From contig NC_134031.1 in NCBI RefSeq assembly GCF_964204645.1, positions 496,001-560,000 on the forward strand: DNA of 64,000 nt, in the 5' to 3' direction. Source of the DNA: Tubulanus polymorphus. Taxonomy: Eukaryota; Animalia; Nemertea. Position 1 is the first letter of the stretch; each line of letters starts with the position of its first letter. The translations under genes and the position numbers were made by a program. Positions 37,901 to 56,434 of this stretch are shown here, in pieces. The notes beneath the pieces are model-generated. The model searched no databases, was not told the origin of the DNA, and saw nothing but the letters and a program-made list of their open reading frames with translations.

Positions 37901-40482
37901 GACCTCTAACGACGTTCCAGAAAATACCACAACTGCATTCGCTTCACACGAATGATCGAATATAGAAGCACTGAAAATACAACCATTAACAATAAAATAC
38001 TAATAGTCTCTCAACAAACATTTAGCTCTTAGTTCAAATGTTGAATCTTATTCATGACAATCGTGATCTTTATTTTTCAAAGAAATTGAAACGATCTGAA
38101 ATATAATATTCATAAATGAATATAATTCTATATCCTGAATTGAATGAGTTGTTTCTATCTGGTCAAATTTTCGAACGATATTTTTGAATCAAAGCTATTT
38201 TGTAAACATGAATTCAGAGAACTGTTAATAATTAGTCACCTGAGATAAATTCCAACCCCAATCGACTGCATTTCAGAATCTAATATATTGAATGAATTGA
38301 TGCACATCTGAAATGGAAGCAACAATGATTACAATTTTCCTCCAAACAATAGATTACATTTTTTAGATATACCATTAGGCTCAGTGCGCATGACTTCGAC
38401 CAGAACCTGGACAAATCAATCTTTATTCCGATAATTGGCCGTCATTAATGACGCACAGAGATCAATAATTAGTAGTAATTAATACATAGTACATAAACAT
38501 GTGGAAAACTGACGCAATAATGTGAATATCAAAACAACAGACGCTACACTCAGTTCCACAGTTAGATTCAAATTAGTTCCTGAATTGTGGGACTGGATCC
38601 TGAACTGTGGAACTGGATCCTGAACTGTGGAACTGGATCCTGAACTGTGGAACTGGATCCTGAACTGTGGAACTGGATCCTGAACTGTGGAACTGGATCC
38701 TGAACTGTGGAACTGGATCCTGAACTGTGGAACTGGATCCTGAACTGTGGAACTGGATCCTGAACTGTGGAACTGGATCCTGAACTGTGGGACTGGATCC
38801 TTAACTGTGGAACTGGATCCTGAACTGTGGAACTGGATCCAGACTGTGGAACTGGATCCTGAATTGTGGAATTGGCTCCAAGTTTTTTATCAAGATATTT
38901 ATATTTTCAAAGTTTGATAATCAAAATGTAAATTTCAATGCAAAACTGACCCTGGCAAAAATCTCAGATATTTCTAAAGTGGTCGGTAATTTCATAATTC
39001 CATCGGTAAAAGTTCGCAGTGTAAAATATAACTGACGAAAATGTCCGACTTTCGTGTCATCTTTTTTAATATCATCGATATCTGAAATTTAAAAACAAAG
39101 AATTCTTGCAATGAAACAATAGCCGAAAAACACATTCGAAATTTTTAGACAGGAAAAGACAGGACAGGAATAGACCGGAAAAAGACATACGCGATTTGAA
39201 GTCGGCAAATGAACGAATTCCAGGAGCATCTAAATGTTCGACATCATCTCCTTCCTGAAAATAATCAGCAGCAAATTATCTATTTACGGAGAAACTAAAT
39301 CATTGTAGTCTATTGAAGATTTATCCAAATGATGACTTACAAAATTGAATTAGAAATACGAATTGAGACTCGAAAAAGAGAGAGAGAGAAAGAGAGTGAG
39401 GACTTCTTCAGTAATGCGATGACTTTAAACAAGTTTGAACGATCGAAATATTAAAACTTACATTAAATCTATGGCATAATTTCAGCAGTAAACGCACACT
39501 TTCTGTAGGTATTTTCGGACTATGTTTCATTAAACATTTACATTCTTTTTTATGTAATTCCCAAGCGGTTCTCTGACATTCGATATTACAATACCACGTC
39601 ACTTTACACTTAGAACATTTCCGTAATTCATCCGATCTATAAATACACAACACAAAACCAACCAGCGTTAAACAACTGATTGTAAACCTCTCGGTAAATT
39701 GCGTCATCTCGGTAATAAGGATGACCGACCTTACTGCTTATAAATCTTAGGTACAACTGAAAATTAAGCCTAAAAATGATGACGATATAAATTGTAATTT
39801 CTAATGAGTGACAGTTTATCAGATTTATGGAACCACAGATATCTATATACACTGCCCCCCCCCTTTCTAAAGACTGGTATTATCTCTAACCCTGGGGCTA
39901 AACTCATTTCAAAATTAATTTAATGGGTTAATGATAATACCAGTTTATAAAACTAGCCCCTGGGTTATTTAGTCTAAATACCAGTCGTTGTTACCGGTTC
40001 CCTACAGCCGTTGTTTGTGGAACGACGGCTACGTACTAGACTACTGTTTTACTGGGCTATTAAACTTAAAAGTGCAAAATTCCAAGCTAATTATGAAAAT
40101 ACAATTACGATGTTGATGAAATGCTTCGAAACAGTTGTTGACTTAGAGAGGGACGTTGAGGAAAGTACTTTTTCTTTATTCAGAAGTATTACTATTTTCA
40201 GTAAGGGACGAGTTCACCCCCTGCCCTAGTTAGTTACCTAATCGTTGGTGGTAAGCTTTTTATAATCGGATGGGCTTATATATGTGGTTTGTGAAAATAT
40301 CCGATTGTGAAACTAAACCACAGACAGGTTACTGACTACCCCTGCCCTGGCCCGTGTGGGTCGAGACTGCTCGGTTCTTACCTTCTGAAACATTGGTCGC
40401 ATCTTTTCCCTCGTTCGCTACCGGATAAAACATGAACGAAAGGTGAACACGTCATAATCACACTTCCTTTTACAAACCCCAT
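28983..40482 (-). CDS. SMYD3: SMYD3-like SET/MYND lysine methyltransferase, 11 coding exons
   Basis: Approximate exons 40482-40382, 39636-39462, 39254-39191, 39081-38951, 38307-38240, 37970-37861, 36841-36731, 31285-31218, 30776-30646, 29489-29317, 29233-28983. MYND CDQC..CSKC..YCNIECQ..W..HKKEC; SET NSF..GVGIYL..DHSC; IYISY..YYFRCDCERC post-SET; TPR-like C-terminus YPRYHP..LGKL. Confidence 0.9.
29497..29885. repeat. ~96-bp tandem repeat x4 starting at a SMYD3 splice acceptor
   Basis: cagaagaattgaagagaagaggttctcattgtga...ggtcagctcacccccagtctccttggt repeated. Confidence 0.9.
29925..30258. repeat. 60-bp minisatellite containing (TTAGGG)2-like motifs and CCAAT boxes
   Basis: Unit ccagccaatcacagctagggttagggttaaggacagtttgtttacatcaggtgaccagtt. 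Confidence 0.85.
31937..32995 (+). CDS. Intronless rhodopsin-family GPCR (FMRFamide/peptide-receptor-like), nested antisense in a SMYD3 intron
   Basis: 352 aa with seven hydrophobic segments; WITVSITFERALTV (DRY-like) and NVILY..NKRFR (NPxxY/helix 8-like). Confidence 0.88.
   Translation: MSRPPQLWPLRDVDLVYDFNKTCQPHYITWSRFYINTLVATPISFIATFLNVFCFIVLRRFSFQPTYYLLKVLTIFDALFSLTSIPEYSAGVLYRYFQYGRRFVYIRQNFLLPQLDIYLIGLVHALYMTRNWITVSITFERALTVVFLFKVKRWTTERSMNHVIISVVCLNVIISVPFFLYRIKPIKGNLCQYFKSELEIFYTYGNIWSFPMGRYNRPVIVYFGTVCPILLLLIGNTVLCSNVLNFQKKRLSLLATTPQQTSGNKDKLALVTTVTIVTAHLLCEFPKMFALLNYDFRWLQEIIEQNILKYSAEIGSKIDSLVNVILYLVVNKRFRSNAADILRSKSTKHTVN
33698..33754 (+). promoter_or_regulatory. TATA box and non-coding first exon of the TRIM gene
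   Basis: tatataaaa at 33698, donor cag|gttcgt at 33752/33753, and acceptor tttcag at 33985 immediately before the ATG. Confidence 0.5.
33988..36045 (+). CDS. TRIM-NHL E3 ligase (RING-BBox1-BBox2-coiled coil-NHL, no filamin domain), single coding exon, nested antisense in a SMYD3 intron
   Basis: MATGG start; CSIC..LPCLHTFCTEC..CPTCR RING; CDIC..CVEC..CSGC B-box1; CEIH..CDEC..CLHC..H..H B-box2; NHL repeats such as P..GNLVIADTNN..IQIFD. Confidence 0.92.
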   Translation: MATGGATGMNGSHLDDLLKCSICYDYLKDPRTLPCLHTFCTECLQGLYNATIHSDISGLLSYDIISCPTCRTRTIVPPGGVTGFPNDFKVSKISEIVSDNNRLSLNDGDGVSPTTRRCDICKFTNRHIQASVFCVECSRYFCSGCINRHDNRVLLKGHQKYELMKQKFVDIKCEIHDSENVQYFCDECKESICLHCTITGRHSNHDIIELGNGIQQCELNLKECAEKLTQKLEKIKISVYKLNDIEKQMKNIGDESIELVKMRVREMIISIKKREHQLLNELDEQNHENQIQVKTDVQNIEILEKSIDEKLIEITRILNEENEEKIIDASRNLAPKIKRLLEECETYGTDRDRAGGDRVRLSKFIPSKKNIKLGKIQQFTVTAEKIEQTVNTFRQIPFRVFEYPRLIFLSKFSTSSAWVGDVSYPQIIESFPDGNLVIADTNNCSIQIFDVEGNYIKSIIEGAVKPLSIVVTGDGNIAVADLIDRKIKIVDIDGNIVREFGEFCSPCGITINSKRQFIVTDFNQNSLEIYSPEYTRLRKQTLHDYRATRRHGYCRPITDSRDNIYISDVGDQTITKYDQEGAFVKKFYVADDDGELTGLCVDKFDRILFADKCRSRISILDPESGDQFVLLDKKSGLRSPSDVTITSQRHLVIVEGSIDCVRVYQMCDVNWQTDLPVLTPEDSDD
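36911..37663. repeat. 19-bp minisatellite, ~39 copies
   Basis: Unit aactcagagataactgttt. Confidence 0.97.
38578..38880. repeat. 20-bp minisatellite x~15 derived from the MITE family B TIR
   Basis: Unit tgaactgtggaactggatcc. Confidence 0.92.
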
Positions 40483-41094
40483 CGTTTAACAGTTTCACAA
40501 CACTAACAACAACACTGCCAGCCAAATCTGTGAACAATAAGAAGCGACTTTTTAGTGTCTGAACCACTGCGTAATTAATAATCCAACACTGCAACAGCAG
40601 CAGCAATCAGTGAGACCCTGACAGTCTTTTAACAAATACTCCTCAATTATCAGTGACTGTCAAAACGAGTCACGTCTAATTAACAAACTGTCTAATTAAT
40701 ATAGCCAGCTCTGCGCGCTAATTAAGATCCAGGGACAACCGATTAGTGTGGAAAGCTGTCTGAAAGTGCCTGACTGAATCACTCGCATGCCACAGTAAGA
40801 ATGTCGAGCTGTATCAGATTTTGCCTAGCACGTGCTGCCCCTCTGTTAAGGATTGGCGGCAAATCTGTGAACTAATTATTGAAATATTACAAGCGGCCCA
40901 GCGGACCGGTCGGGCCGGAGAAAGTTCTTAAGTCATCGAACCACTATTAAAACTATGCAGGCATTTTTCATTTGTAAAATTTACTTGAAATAATCTAAAC
41001 AGTGAATTTGTTACGCAAATACATTGTATTGTATGAAAAAGACTTGGCCCAGTTTTTTCCGGTCCGATTCACAGTCCAGGCCTAACTGAAATTG

Positions 41095-42237
41095 TTATTT
41101 TTCATCTTTTTGTTGGCAGCAACGGAACATAGTTTTAAGTTTCACTCTGAACCGACGCCTCGTAACGCAGTAAATGAAAAAGTTAGTCGATGCTACGATC
41201 ATTTTCAGCAATTTCTGAAATGAGTTTATCATCAATACTAGGTAACCTTTACTGCCAACTTTACCGACAGTTCCACTTATAGCTCGAGTTAAATTAACTA
41301 CAATAGCTCTCAAATAAAATGTTTGTTTTAATAAATAAAAACACGAAATGATTATCAAAGTTAGTGTTAAGCCACGTTCGGTACTGTTGCTGCTGCTGTT
41401 ACTGATGGTGGTTTGATTATTTGCAGACATGGTTTTTCTCGCTGCTCCTGCGCGTCTCAACGTGAAAATCAATCGGATAGTTATCAAAACCACTAACACT
41501 GTCGGGATGACTACAACTAGTGGAGCACGCACCAAAGTCTCGTAATATCTGTAATAAATATTTTTTGCAAATGGAGTCAATTTTTGGGCCCACCTCTCAT
41601 ATCCAGTACAGGGATTAATGGATTTTCTTGTCCAATATTTGAAGAAACTTTTTATTCCATCACAGAAAAAGCCAAATGAAATGATCGTTACATAGATATA
41701 ACCCCTCTTTAAGGTAATGATTCGAGCCGCTTTCAGAGGCCAACAAACGACGATATATCTGTCTATAGCTATCAGAAACGTTATCATATCTCCAATTGTA
41801 GAAATTATTGGTTGAAAACCTCTCGTGTATGAGTACATACGCTTCAGAAAATGGTTTATCTCAGTAGTCATGTCCAATAACATCGTATTGTAATACAAGT
41901 GATAGTGAAAGTCTATAAAAATATACGACAAACAAAGACTTGTGTCAGCAACAGCCAAACATCTCAAGTAGAATATACTCGTATTTGTTGAACGTTCTTT
42001 ACTGAGAATAATAAAAGACAGTACATTTCCGAATACACCAAAAACAGAAAAACTAAAACAAGTGTAAATCATGATTCGTAAAAACAGATTAATATGAAAC
42101 GGTTTAAAGTCGGAATGGGTCGCAAATTTACAGCGAGGATGCGGTTTAAACCCTCCTTCCGTAGTGGTCGTCACAGCATACGATTGATTAAAAGCGTCCG
42201 TTACTGTTACATCGAATGAAACTGTGGCATTTTCCAT
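41095..42237 (-). CDS. Intronless rhodopsin-family GPCR (FMRFamide/peptide-receptor-like)
   Basis: Likely start MENATVSF with N-glycosylation sites; GVFGNVLS, YLRCLAVADT, LIAIDRYIVVCWPL, STNFFIYC..RRFR. Confidence 0.9.
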   Translation of the reverse strand: MENATVSFDVTVTDAFNQSYAVTTTTEGGFKPHPRCKFATHSDFKPFHINLFLRIMIYTCFSFSVFGVFGNVLSFIILSKERSTNTSIFYLRCLAVADTSLCLSYIFIDFHYHLYYNTMLLDMTTEINHFLKRMYSYTRGFQPIISTIGDMITFLIAIDRYIVVCWPLKAARIITLKRGYIYVTIISFGFFCDGIKSFFKYWTRKSINPCTGYERWAQKLTPFAKNIYYRYYETLVRAPLVVVIPTVLVVLITIRLIFTLRRAGAARKTMSANNQTTISNSSSNSTERGLTLTLIIISCFYLLKQTFYLRAIVVNLTRAISGTVGKVGSKGYLVLMINSFQKLLKMIVASTNFFIYCVTRRRFRVKLKTMFRCCQQKDEK

Positions 42238-42956
42238 TTCGTCACAAACAACTGTAGTTCGTACACAAACACACAACTTGCCATAAGAAGATGATCCAAC
42301 ATTTGAAAAATCGCTCTTCAATTACATTAATCTGCGTGCAGTAGATGCAATACCGTTACTGCGTGACTTTCAACCGAGTTGCATAATAAATTCACTCTGA
42401 AATTTGCACAAACCACGGGGCCGGGTTACACCGGTATATCGTGATAAACGGTGCTACAGATCACTTGGATTACTGCAACATTGAGTAATATATATGAATA
42501 TATACAGTTTATACAGTTCTGTTATTAAAAAGTATTTTAGACATCTAATATCTCCTAAATTTTCTCATGCGAGTGTTTTACAAGAATCGACGCAAGTAAA
42601 TATACCTTGGCCTTGATTCTAAAACCACGAAATGGGAATATCATTATTTCTGAAATGTGTTTTTTTTTATAAAAGCCGTATTGAGGTTAACCGTAACTTG
42701 TGTTGCTGAAATGGCACAAGAAATAGTTATTAGTATGAATATCATTATTTCTGAAATGTGATTCCTTTTTAGATTAACCAATATCGAATGTATCTATGCT
42801 TTATAGATAATCGTGTACTGTCAAAATGAAATACATATCTTATCTAGCTATGAAAATCTACCCGTCAAAATGGGCGGATCTTGGAAAATTGGAAAGCTGG
42901 AGTCCAGAAGACAATAATAAGGCTTTTCAAGGATAAAGCAGTCATGTTAAAGACGA

Positions 42957-43343
42957 GTCAAATATGATGTTTTGACATTTGGCATTTTATGTTGAATTCA
43001 AACATCAATTTGATGTTTAGTTGATAGTTTGAAGGGTCACTTGGTAAATAATGATGTAAATATACTTTAATTTTAACCACTATACTTTTATGCCATGCCA
43101 TAGACTATCAATTTAATGAAACATCGAATTTATACCCATCAACGTTTCATATTTTACCCGTCAGAACTGAAAGATCGAAATCGATAACAGCCGCTTTCTC
43201 AATCGTATCAAAGCTAATATCGTTACCATGGATGAAAGTCAAAACATCATATTTACCAAGTGACCCTTCAAACTATCAACTAAACATCAAATTGATGTTT
43301 GAATTCAACATAAAATGCCAAATGTCAAAACATCATATTTGAC
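42957..43343. repeat. Near-perfect ~94-bp inverted repeat pair with a ~200-bp spacer
   Basis: 42957-43050 is the reverse complement of 43250-43343. Confidence 0.9.
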
Positions 43344-44069
43344 GTAAGTATAGTGAGATGATAGAATCTGACCTGGAATCGAGGGTTCGAATCCAGTTTA
43401 TTCTCATAGAACAATCATAGGGTTGCTATAAACAACCAGAGAGGCCACACCCATTTTTCACCGTGTAACGACGGCCCATTCCCTGCAGCCATCTTTATTC
43501 TCAGTTTTGAAGGGTGACAGTATAGAACATAGTTTTCATTCTAAACGTCTTGAAGCGCAATGAATGAAGATTATTTAGTCGATGCTTTTATCATTATTTT
43601 CATCAATTTCTGAAATCCGAATTAATCACCAAAACTGGCGAACGTTGGTCGTCACCGCGATTCCGAGACATTTTCCATATCGTAAAATATAAAAGTATCT
43701 TTTCTTGTCCCACTTTCCACAAAAAAAATATCTATTTATATTGGAAGCAGCTTCACCAGCAGTGCCAGAGTACCAGTTATATCTGCGTGCAGCAAATTCT
43801 CAAACGTTGTGCGTGACTTGTAAGGGAAAGCGCGCGCGGTACCCGGCCGCAAATCCGCGGTGATGAAATTGAATCGTTGTGCGAACGCGGCGCTTCACCG
43901 TGTGACTCTTTGTTATCGACATGAAACATATCGTGATTTGAACGATTTCGACTTTAATTTACTACATTAGAAAGGGGGGTTATTTTCAGTAATTGAATCA
44001 AACACTATAGTCCCAAGAAGTGGAAATAATGATCAACTTGAAAAAGGTACTAATAAGTAGAAGAAACAT

Positions 44070-44779
44070 GGAAATCCTAGGGTTGGCCTGGTTATGAATC
44101 GAGGAAATCCTAGCGTTGGCCTGGTTATGAATCGTGGAAATCCTAGGGTTGGCCTGGTTATGAATCGAGGAAATCCTAGGGTTGGCCTGGTTGTGAAACG
44201 CAGAAATCCTAGGGTTGGCCTGGTTGTGAATCGAGGAAATCCTAGGTTTGGCCTGGTTGTGAATCGAGGCAATCCTAGGATTGGCCTGGTTGTGAATCGA
44301 GGAAATCCTAGGGTTGGCCTGGTTGTGAATCGAGGAAATCCTAGGGTTGGCCTGGTTGTGAATCATGGAAATCCTAGGGTTGGCCTGGTTGTGAATCGTA
44401 GAAATCCTAGGGTTGGCCTGGTTGTGAATCGAGGAAATCCTAGGGTTGGCCTGATGTGAATCGAGGAAATCCTAGGGTTGGCCTGGTTGTGAATCGAGGA
44501 AATCCTAGGATTGGCCTGGTTGTGAATCGAGGAAATCCTAGGGTTGGCCTGGTTGTGAATCGTGGAAATCCTAGGGTTGGCCTGGTTGTGAATCGTAGAA
44601 ATCCTAGGGTTGGCCTGGTTGTGAATCGCGGAAATCCTAGGGTTGGCCTGATGTGAATCGAGGAAATCCTAGGGTTGGCCTGGTTGTGAATCGAGGAAAT
44701 CCTAGGGTTGGCCTGGTTGTGAATCGTGGAAATCCTAGGGTTGGCCTGATGTGAATCGAGGAAATCCTAGGGTTGGCCC
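44070..44779. repeat. 33-bp minisatellite, ~21 copies
   Basis: Unit gaatcgaggaaatcctagggttggcctggttgt. Confidence 0.97.
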
Positions 44780-45901
44780 TATGAATGGATCTCTTTTCAT
44801 ACATGGTTAAATCGGAAACGCATTTGTTTGAAATCGCTTCGCACACAGCGGTATCGGTCGATTGCGTCATAAACCGGTTTGCCATGAGTGGACAAATATG
44901 ACAGATCGAAAAGTCGATCAACTGACCGCGGAAATTTCCTTAATCGGCCATGTTGGAAAAGTCGCCGTTTCATGTAGCAAACCTCTCGCAAAGTGATTTA
45001 GTCGGTTTACGCAAAACCGTTAAGGTTTACGCCTGAACAAAGTCCGAGCCGGTTTATAAACCGGTATGAACAAATACGATTTTCCTGTAAACCGAAACGG
45101 TTTGTGCAATCAGGACTAAGACCCCAAAATATCAATAATAATGTTTAGAAATAAATAAGTAAAATACAAAACGGTCAAAGTCTCTGAAACTTTCAGAAAA
45201 GATAAACTTAAACAAGAGCTACAGCCCACAGTTGTTGCCCGGTGCAAGGACTCCTTGGGAGTCTAATTGACGCCCAAAGACCCCAAAATATCAATAATAA
45301 TGTTTAGAAATAAATAAGTAAAATACAAAAAGTCTCTGAAACTTTCAGAGAAGATAGAACTATTCGACAGTTACAGCCAAGTATATAGTTGTTATTACGT
45401 GTATTACGGTGGGCGGTTTACCGGCCTATTCCGCCGGTAATGAAATTGAATCGTTGCGCGACGCGGCTTTGGGAGTATTTTTTGACATTTAGAGGATGCA
45501 CGCCACGTAGTCTAGTACCTAACCGTTGTTTCCCAAGCCGTTTGTAGGGAACCCGTAACAACGACTGGTATTCAGACTACCCGTCGCGCACCCGCTTCGG
45601 GGGGAAATCACCTCCACAACTGTACAGCCTGTAATCGGGAATTTCCCGATGTTCACGGTGAGAATTCAGATTCTCAGAACTTTCTGATTTTAAGAACTTT
45701 GTACGTAAACGAATAATTGTTCGAACAGGGTATCAATCCTGGGAAATTCTATTATCCACAGGGCCAGACTCAAACCACTAGGACTTCTCGGAAAACCCGG
45801 AAGACTAAAGTAAATTTGAATTTGAAAAGTTGGTAAACTTTTCGGGATTCGAACCCAATATTTTCACACGTCGTAAAACTTGATGATGTGTAGCAGCAAA
45901 A

Positions 45902-54075
<8,174 letters not shown>

Positions 54076-54943
54076 TGTTTAAAATCAGTCAATCATTGAT
54101 TAGAATAGTATCACATCTTGGCATTTTAGCACGAATTTGATCGAGGATTTCAGATTTTGTCATTATATCATGATCATAGCCCCCTCTCCTCCCCCCTACC
54201 AAATTGTTAGCAGGTGTTATATGTTCTTGTTCAACAGGCAGTAGTGGATCCGGGGTCAAAGGGAGGGCAATCCACTCTCTCAGCTTCGCCTCGATACCGT
54301 TTTTGCCTCCACTACAAAATTTTCATATTTTTTCAGTTGTTCAAGCTTGATATTGATTTCTCATAAAAATTTTCAGCCTGGATATTTTGTGGACGGAATG
54401 TTGAAGGGCCTTACGGGGAGTCCAGACGCCCATCGATCCGCCACTGACAGGTGCCCACCTCCCCTCTATTTCTAATAGTCTATATGTGGCTTCGAAATCT
54501 CATTTCACATTTGTAGTTATTTTTTAATCATGCATTTAATCAATAATAAGTGATTCGTTTAAATCGTTGTAATGATATCAATAAATGATCATTATTTAAC
54601 CTTAAGTAAAATATTAATATTCATATTGATTGACTTGATATGTAGAACTATGTAGTGTTAGATATTACAGTAAACTGCATTTTTAAACCACTATCTACCA
54701 CTATCACCGCCATTACAGCAGTAGTTCAATTCACTCGTTTCGAATAATGTCTCATTTTTGATAGCTCTCTGATTTATATATTGTAGGTATGATTTTGTAG
54801 ATACAGTTTTAGAAATAATTTGGTGCTCAAATAAAAATCCGTTTATACATTTTAATAAAAGAAAACCAGCTGTTGCTTTATTGTAATGATTTTTCACGCC
54901 GGATGTCGATTTCTATCATTCAGTGAATTTAGAACGAACCAGC

Positions 54944-55531
54944 AGGGACAGGTCAAAGAGCTGGGACAGGTCAAGGAGCTGGGACAGGTCAAGGAGCTGG
55001 GACAGGTCAAGGAGCTGGGACAGGTCAAGGAGCTGGGACAGGTCAAAGAGCTGGGACAGGTCAAGGAGCTGGGATAGGTCAAGGAGCTGGGATAGCGGCA
55101 GGTCAAGGAGCTGGGACAGTGGCAGGTCAAGGAGCTGGGACAGTGGCACATCAAGGAGCTGGGACAGCGGCACATCAAGGAGCTGGGACAGTGGCACATC
55201 AAGGAGCTGGGACAGTGGCACATCAAGGAGCTGGGACAGGTCAAGGAGCTGGGACAGTGGCACATCAAGGAGCTGGGACAGGTCAAGGAGCTGGGACAGT
55301 GGCAGGTCAAGGAGCTGGGACAGTGGCACATCAAGGAGCTGGGACAGCGGCACATCAAGGAGCTGGGACAGTGGCACATCAAGGAGCTGGGACAGTGGCA
55401 CATCAAGGAGCTGGGACAGGTCAAGGAGCTGGGACAGTGGCACATCAAGGAGCTGGGACAGGTCAAGGAGCTGGGACAGTGGCACATCAAGGAGCTGGGA
55501 CAGTGGCACATCAAGGAGCTGGGACAGTGGC
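54944..55531. repeat. 18/24-bp composite minisatellite
   Basis: Units ggtcaaggagctgggaca and gtggcacatcaaggagctgggaca with higher-order duplication. Confidence 0.95.
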
Positions 55532-55987
55532 ATCCCCTGTGACTGGGGCCAAATAGATATTGTCTAAGTGCGCCATTTCTCTTCCTGGTAAGGCGATTAC
55601 CGTATGATATAAGCGGGGCAGGGAGGGGGGGTGAGCCCTGGCGCAGGAGTCAATGAAAATTTCAGTCATTTTTAGTGCATATAATAATGAATTGGGTGTC
55701 GCTGTTGACTGTGTTGAAAGCAACGATGGATCGATCTATTGCTGTCAGTGTCCAGGTTTGTTTCAGTAAAGAAGTTGTTTAAACCTTTGCGCCAAATAGC
55801 ATTTCGGTGTTAGTGCATTATAATTGCTGAACCGGTTCCGTGAGTAAACATTTCCGCGATTTATTCACATACCAGTATACTGTAAAAACCAGTACTACTT
55901 AACATAGCAACGGCCCGGTGGGCAATCAAACTATAGTGGATATTGTATAAGGATCTACGCGTTGTCAAAGGGTAAAATACATTAAAC

Positions 55988-56434
55988 ATGGCTGGTGGAG
56001 GAGCTATTGCGTTTGTGGACGCCAAAATCAAACAGAGACCTGTAATGTTATTTTCTAAAACTCATTCGCCGGATTGTAAAGAAATTAAATCAATCTTGAA
56101 ACAATATTCGATGAGTCCTCATGTGTGTGAAATCACTGAGATCGATGCTAGACAGGATTGTACACAAATTGACAACTATTTCCAGACTATTTGTCTTACA
56201 GATCGAAGGGAGGTAAGAGATGACTGAGTGTCGAGCTGCATAGTGTCACCCGACGATACATGGAAGGAGGCTTAGAATTAATCTTCATATATTTTCGTAT
56301 TTCAGGTACCGCAGTTGTTTGTAAGAAGTCGTTATATAGGGGGCGCACGTGAAATAGTACGCTTGCACGCTTCCGGTGAACTGGAGAATGTATTTCAAGA
56401 AGCTGAAGTCGAATATAAGTTAATTAAATCATGA
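55988..56434 (+). CDS. Glutaredoxin-like protein with an atypical SPDC site, 2 exons
   Basis: Exons 55988-56212 and 56306-56434. FVDAKI..PVMLFSKTHSPDC..EIDARQD..IDNYF..EVPQLFV..YIGGA..LHASGEL matches the Grx1/2 fold signature. Confidence 0.88.

Noticed and set aside
43345-43397. tRNA gene
   Set aside because: Has a B-box/T-arm-like ggttcgaatcc but no cloverleaf or acceptor stem.
54886-55567. SR-like, metallothionein-like and GAG-repeat ORFs in several frames
   Set aside because: All derive from one stop-free minisatellite with no codon-position bias in variation.
56060-56080. Selenocysteine in the glutaredoxin active site
   Set aside because: The codon is TCG (Ser), not TGA, and no SECIS was recognised downstream.
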